Shown in pieces: positions 39,484 to 52,178 of a stretch of DNA of 64,000 nt. Source of the stretch: Octopus sinensis (Eukaryota); NCBI RefSeq assembly GCF_006345805.1, contig NC_043002.1, forward strand, positions 32,054,001-32,118,000, written 5' to 3'. The position numbers were made by a program, and so were the translations under genes. The notes under the pieces were generated by a model. The model was not told the origin of the DNA. It did no database searches and saw nothing but the letters and a program-made list of their open reading frames with translations. The first letter of the stretch is position 1; every line of letters starts with the position of its first letter.

Positions 39484-39919
39484 TACGAGGAGGTGCTGAA
39501 AAGCTCCTGACTTTAAGGGTATCGCGAAATGCCTGATTGGAGGCCTAACATTACGAGTTCTTTTACAGGCTTTAGAAAATCTGAAGAACTGCTGCAATAA
39601 CTGTGTGAATCTGAGAGGGGAATATGTTGCATAAAATCATAATTAACTGATCCTCCTGTATCTTCTTTTCGATTTCATCTCAATCGAAGGAGAGGGGCTT
39701 TCTCCGTCCGGGTTGCGGATCCGTGGAATAAGCTGCCGGACGAGATAGTGAAGATGCCGACGACCGCTCGGTTCAAAGTCTCTCTTGACCAGAAATGGCC
39801 TGAACTCTTTGCATGAACACCACCCTGTACATAACTCCATGTCCCCCTACATGGCCTTGTTTTTTTGCTTTTTGAACCAAAAAAATTAACTTAACTTAAC
39901 TATTCAGTACACCCTCGTA
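39484..39919 (+). mobile_element. Mariner-type deletion derivative (MITE) with TA TSDs
   Basis: TA|cgaggaggtgctgaa ... ttcagtacaccctcg|TA imperfect TIRs; internal CVNLRGEYVA* resembles the mariner transposase C-terminus. Confidence 0.75.
39672..39900 (+). mobile_element. 3' end of a CR1-group LINE inserted in the MITE
   Basis: HLNRRRGAFSVRVADPWNKLPDEIV..FKVSLD..W (F..RV..WN.LP motif) with a (ttaac)n tail. Confidence 0.8.
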
Positions 39920-40477
39920 TAGCGTTTCTGTGACCAAGCTTTCCCTAGTCATCGACCAACCGTTCGCATCATTTGTAGGAACGAAATAACAGTGATCTCG
40001 TATGCATCCAAATTAGATATAATGTAATGAGTTTGGAAGCAGGTACCTACGAGTGTTTTAGAGCTTTGTGGAAGCCATTCATTTGGTATGGTATGGTATG
40101 TATTATATCAGATTTTTGTGGAATCACATTTGATTTACAAATCTGTCTCAATTTCTCACATAGAAAATTGTCATAGTTCTGAAAGTGTAAGATATTTCTT
40201 GCAGTATCTGCAAAAAATATTTTGTCCGTTTTCTACGAATTAAGATGTGTTCCTGATAGACATTTACGGTGCGACAACAGGACCGCAGTCTAATAATCGA
40301 AAAAGATAAAACATAAAAGATGCGTGTACGTGCTTACACAAACACACACACAAACACACACACATACATACATATATATAAGTGGGTATTGTTGTGTATA
40401 TGTATATAAGTTATGTATATATATATGTGTGTGTGTGTGTATGTGCATGCGTGCGTGCACGCGTGTATGTGTGAGTG

Positions 40478-40522
<45 letters not shown>

Positions 40523-40525
40523 GAG

Positions 40526-40567
<42 letters not shown>

Positions 40568-40839
40568 CACATGTATATATATATATATACATATACACAT
40601 ATACATATATAAACATACACCCATACACACATATATATGTGTACCTGCATCCTTGTTTATGTGTGTGTGTATGTGATGTGGTGTGTGCGTTTGTGCATGT
40701 GTGTGTGTGCTTGCATGTGCCTATCCCATACATTTGAAATGAACTTCACGAGACGGAGAATGGACCGTTAAAAAGCAACCACAAATATACACAATGAAGT
40801 GAACGACAGCAACTACAGAGGCAATAACGATGGCGACGA

Positions 40840-41071
40840 CAGAGATGGTTATGGTAGCGGCGGTAGTGGTGATGTTTACAATGGTGGTGGTGCTGGTGGT
40901 GCTGGTGCTGGTGGTGGCGGTGGTGGTGATGGCGACGATGATGATTATGATGTTGTTTATCGTGATCATTATGATGTGATGATGCCACTGTTGCTGACGA
41001 TGATGATATATAACAACCGACGTATTGGAAATGGATATTAAGAATGATGACAGTGATGACGACGGCGACGG

Positions 41072-41127
<56 letters not shown>

Positions 41128-41285
41128 GTGGTGGTGATGATGGTGATGATGATGATGGTGGTGATGGTGATGATGATGGTGATGATGATGATGGTGGTGA
41201 TGGTGATGGTGATGATGGTGATGATGAGGATGATGATGATGATGATGAAGATTATGATGATGGTGATGATGGTGACGATGACAAA
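40840..41285. repeat. (GAT)n/(GGT)n trinucleotide array
   Basis: Visible directly. Confidence 0.9.
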
Positions 41286-42019
41286 TAATATAATAGAAGA
41301 GGCTGCTGGTGATGTCGGATGTATCAGTGTTATTGGGAAGGAACCGTCAGCAACATCTGGTGTTGGGGAGATATGATGGCGGTGGTCGCGGTGGCAGTGG
41401 TGGAGTTGATGGTAGTGGTGGCGGGGTTTGGGGGTTTGGGGGTTGTTGATGGTGCTGGCAGTGCAATGACGGTATAAACAACTTCTGAAGAGAATATGAA
41501 AGAAAAGCTATGACAACAAAACATAAACAAAGCTCATACTATTCTGTTTATTGTCCTTTCATGTGAAACTTCTCTGGTGTTTTGTGTGAAAATGTCTTTT
41601 TAAGAAATAATCACACAATTTTTCTGTTAGCTATACCGCCATCGTTGCTGTTGATGTGAACTGCATGGTGCATTGTGCTGAAGACAGCCAATTTGATGGA
41701 TTGTGGTACTGTTTTGGATGGCTGTGGTGATAATGATGATGATGTTAAGGATGATAGTACAAAATGTTGGTCGATGAAGACTATTTGATATAACTCATAT
41801 CCACAATCGACACCCCGATGTATATATATATATATATAATACAAATAAGAAAATGGAGAAACAAATTTCGTTTGTTCATCAACTTACGGATATTATAATG
41901 TTAGATTATTTATTCATTTTACAAATGAGAACATCAGAAGCGTACACAATAGTATATAAATCAATAGATAAGATAATAATACAAATACAGAATTTAAAAT
42001 CTTATTATAAATTATTGAA

Positions 42020-43084
42020 ATCCAGAAATTCCTTCTTACAGCTGTTTCAGCCTGTGGTCAAAAGTGAATCTGCGTTCTGGTGGTGAAGAAGTCGTCGAAG
42101 CGATGAAGGTAGGCGAGTGTTCTGGTGAGTATAGCGGATGAGGCAGAAGTTTCGTAGCCCAATTCGTTCAACTTCTGTAGGATCAGTTGTGCGACGGGCG
42201 GCCGAGCGTTGTCGTGGAGAACAATTGGTCCTTTTCTATTGACCAATGCTGGCTGTTGTTGTCGGAGTTTCTTATACATTTCCTCCATTTGCTGACAGTA
42301 CTTCGCCGCCGTAATGGTTTCGCCTAGATCCAAAGAGCTGTACTGGATGAGACCGGCGGCAGACCACCAAACAGTCACCATGACCTTCTTTTTTTGCAAC
42401 TTTGGCTTCGGGAAGTGCCGTGGAACTTCGTCAGCGTCCAACCACTGAGCTGAGCATCGCCGGTTATCGTAAAGAATCCACTTTGCATAGCAGGTCACAA
42501 TCCGGTCGAGAAACGAGCCGTTCTTGTTGCGTAAAAGAAGGGAAGACGACACTTCAAAATGGCATTTTTTTTCGTTTTGGTTGTCGTTCGATTCGTACGG
42601 CACCAATTTATCAAGTATTTTTGAAGTTGTTGGGAATTGTCGTATACGTTACATCTAATTCAGTAGCAAGCTCTCGAACAGTTGTGCGTGGATTGGCTTC
42701 GACTAAGTCTCTTACGCTTATCATCTTCAAGACTCTTGTAACCGCTACGAAATTTGTTGAACCACGATTGTGCTGCAAGTTCATTAGTGGTTCCTGGGCC
42801 AAACGCATCGTTGATATAGCGAGCTATTTCAGCAGCTTTTCGACCTTGATTGAACTGGAATAAGAAAATTGCGCCAATTTGCTTTTTGTCTATGTTGTAT
42901 TCGACGTTCTGGAAAGAATGACCTAATAATTCAAAAAGAAAAAGGGTAACACGATTAGATAGAGCGAAAAACGGGCTTTGAAATTATACATAAAGTCAAA
43001 GCAATTTAACGAAAATTAATTTGAAAATACATCATTTAAAACCAAAATTAAAAATTCCGCAAGAACTTTTTTGACAACCTAATA
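42020..43084 (-). mobile_element. Decayed mariner (Tc1/mariner) transposon, 5' TIR present, 3' end truncated
   Basis: VEANPRTTVRELATEL (HTH), VPYE, WILYDNRR, KKVMVTVWW, HDNARP and HPLYSPEHSPT (YSPDLAP-like); TIR TA|ttaggttgtcaaaaaagttcttgcgg resembles Hsmar1-type TIRs. Confidence 0.92.
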
Positions 43085-43466
43085 GTTCAACTTACACAAG
43101 TTAATGAGTGAAAAGCAAAACGTAGTTTTTAAAGCAATTTCTACAAAACTAGTTTTTAAACATCGAATGGCTATAGGTGGTTCAGCAGATTGAAATACGA
43201 ATCAAAGGGGTTCATAGATAAAAAAAAAAACAGTTGAGAACTCCTATAATGTATCAATAATTGTTGGCAGATAAAGTAACTTCTAGCGTTAAGTATAGCC
43301 ATGTTAAGGATTTTGCTTTTGCAAAACCTATGTACAAACATACATACAATGACGGACACAAAAGAAAATTACAGGAACAGTGGAAACAGCACAAAGCAGA
43401 CATTTAGAAATCGAAACTGCCCTTATCAGTTGTTGACCGGAAATCATTGCTCTTTCGATATCTATA

Positions 43467-43510
<44 letters not shown>

Positions 43511-43565
43511 CATGTATATGTATATGTGTGTATGTGTATATGTAGTGTATGTATGCTTGTTCGTG

Positions 43566-43598
<33 letters not shown>

Positions 43599-43989
43599 AT
43601 ATATATACAAATACACACACACGCACATAGTGTTTATAGTTGTAGGTATAATTGTACTATTTGGTGGCGGTTAGCAAGTGGTTGCTCTTGCTTTGCTTCA
43701 TATGTGGCGGAGGTGATAGTGGTGGTGGTGGTGGTGTTGATGCTAATGGAGATGGGAGCAACGTTGATGTTGATAGATATGATGGTGATGCTGGCCGAAG
43801 TGAGTTGGTTTTGTTGAGGTAATGGTAGTGTTGATGGAGCTGGGAGTCGACCTGGTGGCGGTGGAGGTGATGGTGGTGTTGATGGAGTCGGGACTGACGT
43901 TGGTAGGCGTTTGTGTTAATAAATGTGATGGAGTTGGTTTTGTTAGAGGTGGTTGCGATGAGACAGCTGGTGCTGGAGTATTAGTGATG

Positions 43990-43996
43990 CTGCTGC

Positions 43997-44062
<66 letters not shown>

Positions 44063-44235
44063 CAGCAGCAGCAACAGCAGCAAAAGGAACAGCAGCAAAA
44101 GGAACAGCAGCAAAAGGAACAGCACCAACAGCAACAGTAGCAGAAGCTATAGTATTAGTATTAGTATTAATAGCAACATTAGCAGCAGCAGCGGCAGCCG
44201 TAGCAGCCACAGAAGCAGCAACAGTAGTAGTAGTG

Positions 44236-44303
<68 letters not shown>

Positions 44304-44320
44304 TGCCGTTGTTGTTGTTC
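43990..44320. repeat. (GTA)n/(GCA)n array with three copies of a 15-bp unit (cagcagcaaaaggaa)
   Basis: Visible directly. Confidence 0.9.
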
Positions 44321-44844
44321 CTACTGCTATTGATGGGACAGGTGAAGAAAACAACCGTGGTGGCGGCGGCGGGAAAGATAATGAAGATGATTAGCCCTCT
44401 GTCAGTTCTGAGATATACTTGACCTATGATCAAAGTTGGTTCACACCCTGCCTAAACCTTTCGCTTTATTTTTATTTGATTTTATTTCTATCTAAAACTG
44501 AGTTATCGAATAAGCACTCCACCTTGTTAGGATGGCAAGGTGTGATTTAGAAGAAAAATTAGCTGCTATTTTTAGCCGCCCAGGTATCACCTAGACTCTA
44601 AAGACTACTTCACTTTCTTTGTTACTCTTTGTGTTGATGGTAATTTAGCGCTGGTAGGGCTGGGGTTAGTCCGTATAAGTGCCTCCATCCTTGAAACGTA
44701 GGGCTTGGAAACGATGTCTTCCTTGGTTATCTCCACCCTATTGCATTCACTGATGACATTCCTACAAATCAACCACTCCCATTTCATTGTAGTCGAAGAA
44801 TGTAGTCATCAAGGATCTGCCACAGGTAGGTCACATTGTGGTGG

Positions 44845-44878
<34 letters not shown>

Positions 44879-45025
44879 AATGAAGTGGAGGAGGGGGATG
44901 GCATCGACCATCATAATGATGATGAGGCTATTGATGATGATGATGATGATAATGAAGTGGAGGAGGGGGATGGCATCGACCATCATAATGATGATGAGGC
45001 TATTGATGATGATGATGATGATGAT
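44845..45025. repeat. Tandem duplication (2 x ~70 bp) bounded by (GAT)n
   Basis: aatgaagtggaggagggggatggcatcgaccatcataatgatgatgaggctatt occurs twice. Confidence 0.9.
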
Positions 45026-45037
45026 AATAATAATAAT

Positions 45038-46659
45038 TGTGTACAGTGTTCAGGTGCACTACAACTCATCTAAAGTGTATATGTAATCAGGTGTAGTTTC
45101 GACGGATTTCGGGAAGCATGAGGGCCTTAAAGGATGCAGTGTCATGGCAGTCAACAACTGATGCAGGCAGTTTATTCCACGCTTCAGCAACCCTGAGCGT
45201 GAAAAAATGTTTCCGAAAGTCATGGGAGCTGTGCTGTTTTCTGACTTTGTAGCATGTCCACGTGTGTTAGACACATGGAGATCAAAAAGGTGTTCAGTGT
45301 TGTTGTTGGTGAGGTGGTTGATAACCTTGTGGGTGTTTACCAAGTCCGTCGCTAGACGCCGGAGCTTCAGTGAATCCATGCCCAGGGAAACAAGGCGCTC
45401 AGAATATGGTAGGTGTCTGATGGAGGGTATGCGTTTGGTTGCACGTCTCTGGACAGATTCCAGGAGGTCAATGTTCTGAGCAAGATAGGGATTCCAAACT
45501 GATGATGCGAATTCCAAGTGTGGTCGTACCATAGCTGTATACAGTTTTAAATAGATGGCTGGAGAGCGGCTAACAAAAGTCTTGCTGAGTGATGCCAAGA
45601 CACCCTCGGCCTTCTTGACAATTTTAGAGATATGCTTTGTCCAACACAAATCACTGCTGACAGTGATGCCTAGGTCACGCTCGCAAGAGGATTTCTTGAT
45701 ATCAGTGTTGTGGAGGGAGTATGTGGACGCAGGGTTTTTTCTCCCAAAATGTATGGTGGTACACTTGTCCACAGCCAGTTTCAGTTGCCAGTCTGTGATC
45801 CATTGCTGCATTGTGTCTAGGTCTGATTGCAGGAAAGAGTTGTAGACATCAGGATCAGTCCTCTTGATTTCAAGGTACAGCTTGATGTCGTCTGCATATT
45901 TCAATACTGTGGCATTCTTTAAATTGGCATCTATGTCATTAATGTATGCCACAAACAGGAGGGGACCAAGGACAGATCCCTGTGGTACACCCAATGACAT
46001 CTCATATGGTGTAGAGTGCTGTCCTAGAACTGTGACTACCTCCTTTCGGCTGAGGATGAAGGATTTCAACCAGTTAAAAAGGTCATCCCCCACACCCATT
46101 GCAGAGAGTTTCACCATAAGCCTTTTGTGTGGCACAGAGTTGAAAGCCTTAGCAAAGTCAAGGTAGACAACATCCACCCATGAGCCACTGTCAGTGATCT
46201 GAGTAATGTCCTCAAGGAACTCGACAAGCTGGTCACTGCAGCTGGAGTTAGGGACAAATCCATATTGTGAGGGTCGGATGAGACTGTGAGAGCTCCAGAA
46301 GTTCCAGAGTGTTTCTCTGACACACGATTCCATCAGTTTTGCAATACAGCTAGTGAGACTGACTGGGCGATAGTTGACAGGTGATGTGCGGTCACCCTTT
46401 TTGAACAGAGGAATGACACTGGCAGTTTTCCACTGCTCCGGAGTAGCACCATTGTTGAGACAGTACTGGAAGAAAATAGAAAGCTGGTGTAAAAGGAAGT
46501 GCCTGCCACGTTTGAGAAGCAGGTATGTAACTCCATCGAGACCAGGGGAGGCATAGTTGCGCTTATTTTGAAGGTGACGTCGCAGCATTGCAGGTGTAAA
46601 TTCCATAGTTGTTATGGAGTTTGCTGTTAGTGATGGTGAAGATGTTTGCTGTTAGTGAT
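45038..46659 (-). mobile_element. 5'-truncated CR1/L2-group LINE inserted in a (GAT)n microsatellite
   Basis: Long RT ORF, (ATT)n 3' tail, no endonuclease domain present. Confidence 0.92.
45059..46606 (-). CDS. LINE ORF2 reverse transcriptase domain (515 aa, 5'-truncated; probable frameshift near the C-terminus)
   Basis: SPGLDG, NYRPVSLTS, QYGF, YLDFAKAFNSVPH, GVPQGSVLGPLLF, YADD, ERDLGI, VRPHLEF, LESVQRRATK. Confidence 0.93.
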   Translation of the reverse strand: MEFTPAMLRRHLQNKRNYASPGLDGVTYLLLKRGRHFLLHQLSIFFQYCLNNGATPEQWKTASVIPLFKKGDRTSPVNYRPVSLTSCIAKLMESCVRETLWNFWSSHSLIRPSQYGFVPNSSCSDQLVEFLEDITQITDSGSWVDVVYLDFAKAFNSVPHKRLMVKLSAMGVGDDLFNWLKSFILSRKEVVTVLGQHSTPYEMSLGVPQGSVLGPLLFVAYINDIDANLKNATVLKYADDIKLYLEIKRTDPDVYNSFLQSDLDTMQQWITDWQLKLAVDKCTTIHFGRKNPASTYSLHNTDIKKSSCERDLGITVSSDLCWTKHISKIVKKAEGVLASLSKTFVSRSPAIYLKLYTAMVRPHLEFASSVWNPYLAQNIDLLESVQRRATKRIPSIRHLPYSERLVSLGMDSLKLRRLATDLVNTHKVINHLTNNNTEHLFDLHVSNTRGHATKSENSTAPMTFGNIFSRSGLLKRGINCLHQLLTAMTLHPLRPSCFPKSVETTPDYIYTLDEL

Positions 46660-47419
46660 AATGATGATGATGATGATGAATAAAACGAAGTTTGTATTTG
46701 AGGGAGATTTGACTGTTATGTTTAATAGTTTTGAACATATCTTAACATATTCCACGTCGACATGTGATTTCAGAATAATATAGCAGTTTGAAACAATCTG
46801 ACTGCTATTTTTAGCAGGCCGAGCAACCACAAAATCGTTGTTCAAACACTAGCTGCTGATAGTGTTTTGTCGTTGTTTTGTTGTCAACCCTATTCGAACC
46901 GCGATCATCACGTCTGGTATGCCAAGGAAAACATTGTCCAACATGTTCTTCCTCTTTTAAAGCTCTAGGAGGTTGTAATCTGTGGAAAATATGGCCGGAT
47001 TTCTAGCAGATTGAGTGACCATGTTGAGGTTGCACCTCGGTTTCTTAATTGCATTGTTGGTAGTTGGTTTATTCTGTGTTTAAGCAATTGTTGCTGTTGT
47101 TGTTGCTGTTGTTGCTGTTGTTGCTGTTGTTGCTGCTGCTCATGTTGTTTTCTTCTTCTTCCAGTCAGTACTCACGCCATTAGCCACAAAGAATAATCTC
47201 TTATTCGAGCCTACTCTACGCTACTAAGAATGTGTGTGGCAACTTGAAGATCCACCCACAACACGCGATAGACTGGCGGTTGCACGGGCGCGAAAGCTAC
47301 GTTGTTATCCTCATTCCGTAAACGGTGGCTTTTAACTGCTGGAGAGGAGGATTCGCAATCTAGACTAGGGTCTGAAAGTTTACCACACCATAATGTGTTA
47401 CACCATGCTTCCTCTGATT

Positions 47420-47620
47420 TGTGACAGAAGTAGGAAGAAAGAATGAGAGAAAGTTGTGGTGAAAGAGTAGAGCGGGGTTCCCCACCTCTCCCTGCCGCAG
47501 CCTCGTGGAGCTTAGGTGTTTTTTGCTCAATAAACAATCGCAATGCCCGGTCTGGGAATCAAAACCGCGTTCTTACGACCGCGAGTCCGCTGCCCTATCC
47601 ACTGGACCATTGCGCCGCCA
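47420..47620 (-). mobile_element. 5' part of a tRNA-derived SINE (family C2 head)
   Basis: Reverse complement ggcggcgcaatggtccagtggatagggcagcggactcgcgg..ggttttgattccc is tRNA-like; body shared with 62165-62240. Confidence 0.75.
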
Positions 47621-47654
47621 CTTATTGCTGCTGTTGTTGTTATCGAGAGAAGTG

Positions 47655-48570
47655 ATGATGGTGGCGGTGGTGGCGAAGGCAAGGAGAAGAATAGTGGTGG
47701 TGGTGGTGGTGATAGTCACTGCGGTAGAGTTGGTGGTGATGGTGGGTGTTGTAGTGGGCGTGGTGGTAGAAGATAGCGCTTATGTAGTTAGTCGGTGGTG
47801 GAGGTTGTGTGTGAGGTGGGGGTGATAGTGAGAAGGAGCTTAATAGTAGTATTGATGGCGGCGTCGGTGGGGGTGGTTGTGATTCTGATGGAGGCATATA
47901 GACGTGGTAGCAGTAGTAGTGATGGTAGATGTAGTAGCATCGATAGTAGTGAAGGAATTGGTGGTATTGGCTGAAGTTACGGTAGTGGTCATAGTTTTGC
48001 TAGTATTGTGGTGGTATGATGGTGATGCTGCCAGAAATAATGGTAGTGGTATTGTCCTAAGTGATAGTGGTGATGGTGTTGGTTGTAGTTGTGACTGTGC
48101 ATTGATGGTATTGATGCTGGTGGTAGTGAAAGTAGTAGTGGTGGTGGAGTGTAATGGATGCGGTTGTAGAGGTAGTTGTGGCTAAGGTGCTGATGCTAGT
48201 ATAGTGATGGTACTGTGGTGGTACAGTGGTTAAGATAGTACTGGTAATGGTAACAGCGGTAGTTGTTTAACGTTGCGAAGGTGGATGTAGTTACGCCTGT
48301 AGTTTGACTAATTGTTGTACAAGTGGTAGTAATGGTGGTGGTTGCATTGGTTGTTGTGGTGATAGCGATGGTGGTGATGAGAGGTGTTATGGTCGCGTTG
48401 GGGAGGATACATTGTCGTGGTTGTGGTGGTGGTGGTGGTGGTGGTGGTGGTGGTGGTGGCAGTGGTGGTGGTGGTGGTTGAGGTGGTGGCGGTGGTGGTG
48501 GTGGTGGTGGTTGAGGTGGTGGCGGTGGTGGTGGTTGAGGTGGTGGTGGTGGTGGTTGAGGTGGTGGTGG

Positions 48571-48601
<31 letters not shown>

Positions 48602-49056
48602 GACGGTAGTGGTGGTGGTGATGGTGGTGATGGTAGTGATGGTGGTGGTGATGGTGGTGGTGGTGATGGTGATTGTTGTGGTGGTGATGGTTGTGGTGGT
48701 GATGATGGTGGTGTGGTGATGGTGGTGGTGTTGATGGTGGTGGTAGTGGTGATGGTGGTGGTGGTGGCTTTGCTTGTGAAGTTTGCGGTGATAATAATGG
48801 TGGTGGTGTCGAAGAGGGATAGTAATAGCAGTGGCAGTAAGGGAGTAGCCTGTAACCAACGAGGCGGAAGAGTTGTAGAACAGCTTCTTACGGCAGGTTT
48901 GTATTGAGGAACTGTGTGAAATGAAGAGAAAGATCTTTGGAACGGATAATTGTGGATAATTGTGGGGTGGGTTGATAGTTAAGGCTAAATGTTAGATATC
49001 AGTATGGTATTATCAGGATAGAATAGCTGTGGAAGGCTCTGGAAGAGAAAAAGGAT

Positions 49057-49106
<50 letters not shown>

Positions 49107-49700
49107 CTGGTGCTGGTAGTAGTAGTAGTAGTAGTGGTGTTGGTGGTGGTAGTAGTAGTAGTGGTGTTGGTGGTAGTAGTAGTAGTGGTGGTGGTGGTGG
49201 TGGTCGTGGTGGTGGTAGTAGTAGTAGTAGTAGTGGAGTGGTGGTGGTGGTGGTGGTGGTGGTGGTAGTCGTAGTAGTAGTAGTGGTGGTGGTGGTGGTA
49301 GTAGTAGTAGTGGTGTTGGTGGTAGTAGTAGTAGTAGTGGTGGTGGTGGTGGTGGTGGTGGTAGTAGTAGTGGTGGTGGTGGTGGTAGTAGTAGTGGTGG
49401 TGTTGGTGGTAGTAGTAGTAGTAGTGGTGGTGGTGGTGGTGGTGGTAGTAGTAGTAGTAGTGGGGTGGTGGTGGTGGTGGTGGTGGTAGTAGTAGTGGTG
49501 TTGGTGGTAGTAGTAGTAGTGGTGGTGGTGGTGGTGGTGGTGGTGGTAGTCGTAGTAGTAGTAGTAGTAGTAGTAGTAGGGTGGTTGTGGTGTTGGTGGT
49601 GGTGGTTGTGGTGGTAGTCGTAGTAGTAGTAATGGCGAGAGTGTTAGTATGGTGGGAGAGTGATGAGAGAGGTATTGTGATGGTGGTAGTGGTGACGGTG
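47655..49700. repeat. Extended degenerate (GGT)n/(GTA)n/(GAT)n region
   Basis: Visible directly; G/T-rich on + throughout. Confidence 0.9.
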
Positions 49701-49745
49701 GAGTGAAGAGAGGTACGGAAATAGTGATGCAGGTAAGGTGAGATT

Positions 49746-49881
49746 ACTGAAAGGGAGAAGGGACTGAAAGGGAGAAGGGACTGAAAGGGAGAAGGGACTG
49801 AAAGGGAGAAGGGACTGAAAGGGAGAAGGGACTGAAAGGGAGAAGGGACTGAAAGGGAGAAGGGACTGAAAGGGAGAAGGG
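49746..49881. repeat. Minisatellite, 8 perfect copies of a 17-bp unit (actgaaagggagaaggg)
   Basis: Counted directly. Confidence 0.95.
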
Positions 49882-50411
49882 ATATGGAAGATGTGTTGAA
49901 TTTACATAAGCGTGGATATTTGAGAGAGGGAGAGAGAGAGAAAGAGAGAGAGAGAGACAAACAGACAGACAGACGGGCAGAGAAAGAGAGCGAAAGAGAG
50001 TTGAAGGTTGTAAATGAATCGAGTGAGTAAAAGTGAATTAGGAACAGACAATTAAATAGGAGAAAAATTCAAGAATTTAAGAATGGGATTGTTGGACTTG
50101 AGAGACGTAGGAAAAGAGAGCAAAAGAGAGGGAGAGGAATAAAATAGGAATATAAAAAAGATTTAATGCTACGAAAGTGAAGGGCTAATAAACTGAGTAA
50201 TTGGGAGATGAGCGGCGGGGTGGGAGTCAGAATGAGTGAGAGGAAGAGAAACGAGTTGTTTGACTGGTGGAGAGAGAAAAATTTAAGTGAGGAAGATAGA
50301 GTTACAGAATATGGTAGAAAATAGGAAAACGGTGCCGTTCACATATACATAATTGTGTGGGAGGGAAAATGGTGAGATGTATGTATGCATGTTTCATTGT
50401 ATGTGTATGTA

Positions 50412-50507
<96 letters not shown>

Positions 50508-50890
50508 GAAAACAAAACTACTGCAATTAATTGTAATATAAATAAACGTTTTAAAACTACGATTCAACTGTAATACCAGTAGAGCTGATTATAAGACCAA
50601 AATTCAATTCGATTTAAAAAGTAACGCCATCATCTTCAACTGAATATAAACGCAGGAAGCTTGTTTGAATTAGTTCACTTAGAAAACGTCGTAAGTGATG
50701 GAGCCTTGATAAAATTGTAGCGACTAGGGTGCATAATTTCATACAGAACAATGTGTAGTTGCTAGAGTAGAGTCGTATGCTGGTCATTGTTATATACGCT
50801 GTAGAAAACTTTTTAATACAAAGTTTTTGATGTGAATACATCTCCACTCTCCTCTTGGTTTTCAATTATATATATATATATATATATATA

Positions 50891-50932
<42 letters not shown>

Positions 50933-51194
50933 TAGGTAATGTTTATCACCAATTAAACATGGCTGTTCTGTAGGAACCGATGTACTGCTATTTTTAACCC
51001 CAGAAGGGCGCTCCTCCAGCTGATTATTCGATGCCATATATTGCAAGCAGTGCAGTGAAATCTAGTCACACGACCTCCAGAACGTACGGTTTAGACCTCT
51101 TTGTGGTCATTCTCCTGGGATTATATTGCCATGTTTAGGTGGCGATAAGCATTACTTCTCAGTGTAGATACTGCTTTCATCTCTTATAGAAATT

Positions 51195-51498
51195 GGATCT
51201 TTTCCTTTTGATGGACGGAATTTTCTAGTTAACTAAACAATTTGAAACTTCGTATACTGGTAGAATGTGTCAAAAGAAAACAAATATTGTAAGCAAAATT
51301 GAAAACAAAATTGTAATTTGTAAGTTTAACGTAGTTTAATTCTTCGAATCTTAACCAATGAAATGCCAGCATTTGAGCTCAAATCATTTGCTGCGTTATC
51401 GATATTGATAAAAAACATAGCAGACGCACGCCGCATACACACACACACGTATATTCAGATACATACACACGTACACTTGCACACACACACACTCTCTG

Positions 51499-51535
<37 letters not shown>

Positions 51536-52134
51536 CACATGCATATACATTTGCACAAGCACATAGTAATTAATATATAAGCGTACACACACATACGCAC
51601 ACAAGTTTGTGAGTTCGCACTGGTGTCGATAGAATCGACTTAATACTTTTGTATCTCATGCTTTGTCCCCTCTGTGTTTTGCCCCTTGCCGAAACAAATT
51701 TACACAAAAGGTAAATAAACCAGAAGGGGGAGGGGTCAATGTTTCATCGTTTCGGGGACGATAAATTAAGTACCAATTACGCACTGGTATCGAGGATTTT
51801 TTCCCCAATTTATATCACAGCCTCCGACAAGCTGGGGCATCCTTTTATGAAAAAATATTTCGCAAATTTTTACAATACGACCCACACTCCACGCATACCC
51901 TCTAGAACGATTTAGGCATATTATTGTTTTGTTTTTGTTGTTTCTGGCCCTTCGAAACCATGGGAGAAGCCTTTTCGGTAAAAAAAAAATAAAGAAAATA
52001 TTCAAAAAATATCGTTAATATTTTTATTGGGCGACGAAATTCATCGATTTAAGAGAAATAGCTGTTATTTCTAGCACATGCCTCCTCCTTCCGCCTTTGT
52101 TTATCAAACAGGCAGAAGAGAGAAGGATGAAAAA

Positions 52135-52178
<44 letters not shown>

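Noticed and set aside
49746-49881. Regular repeat array as CRISPR or telomere
   Set aside because: No spacers, no cas genes, eukaryotic context, and the unit is not TTAGGG
43743-49960. Long Thr-, His- and Val-rich ORFs (mucin-like or His-rich)
   Set aside because: Derived from (GTA)n/(GGT)n arrays, with no unique coding sequence
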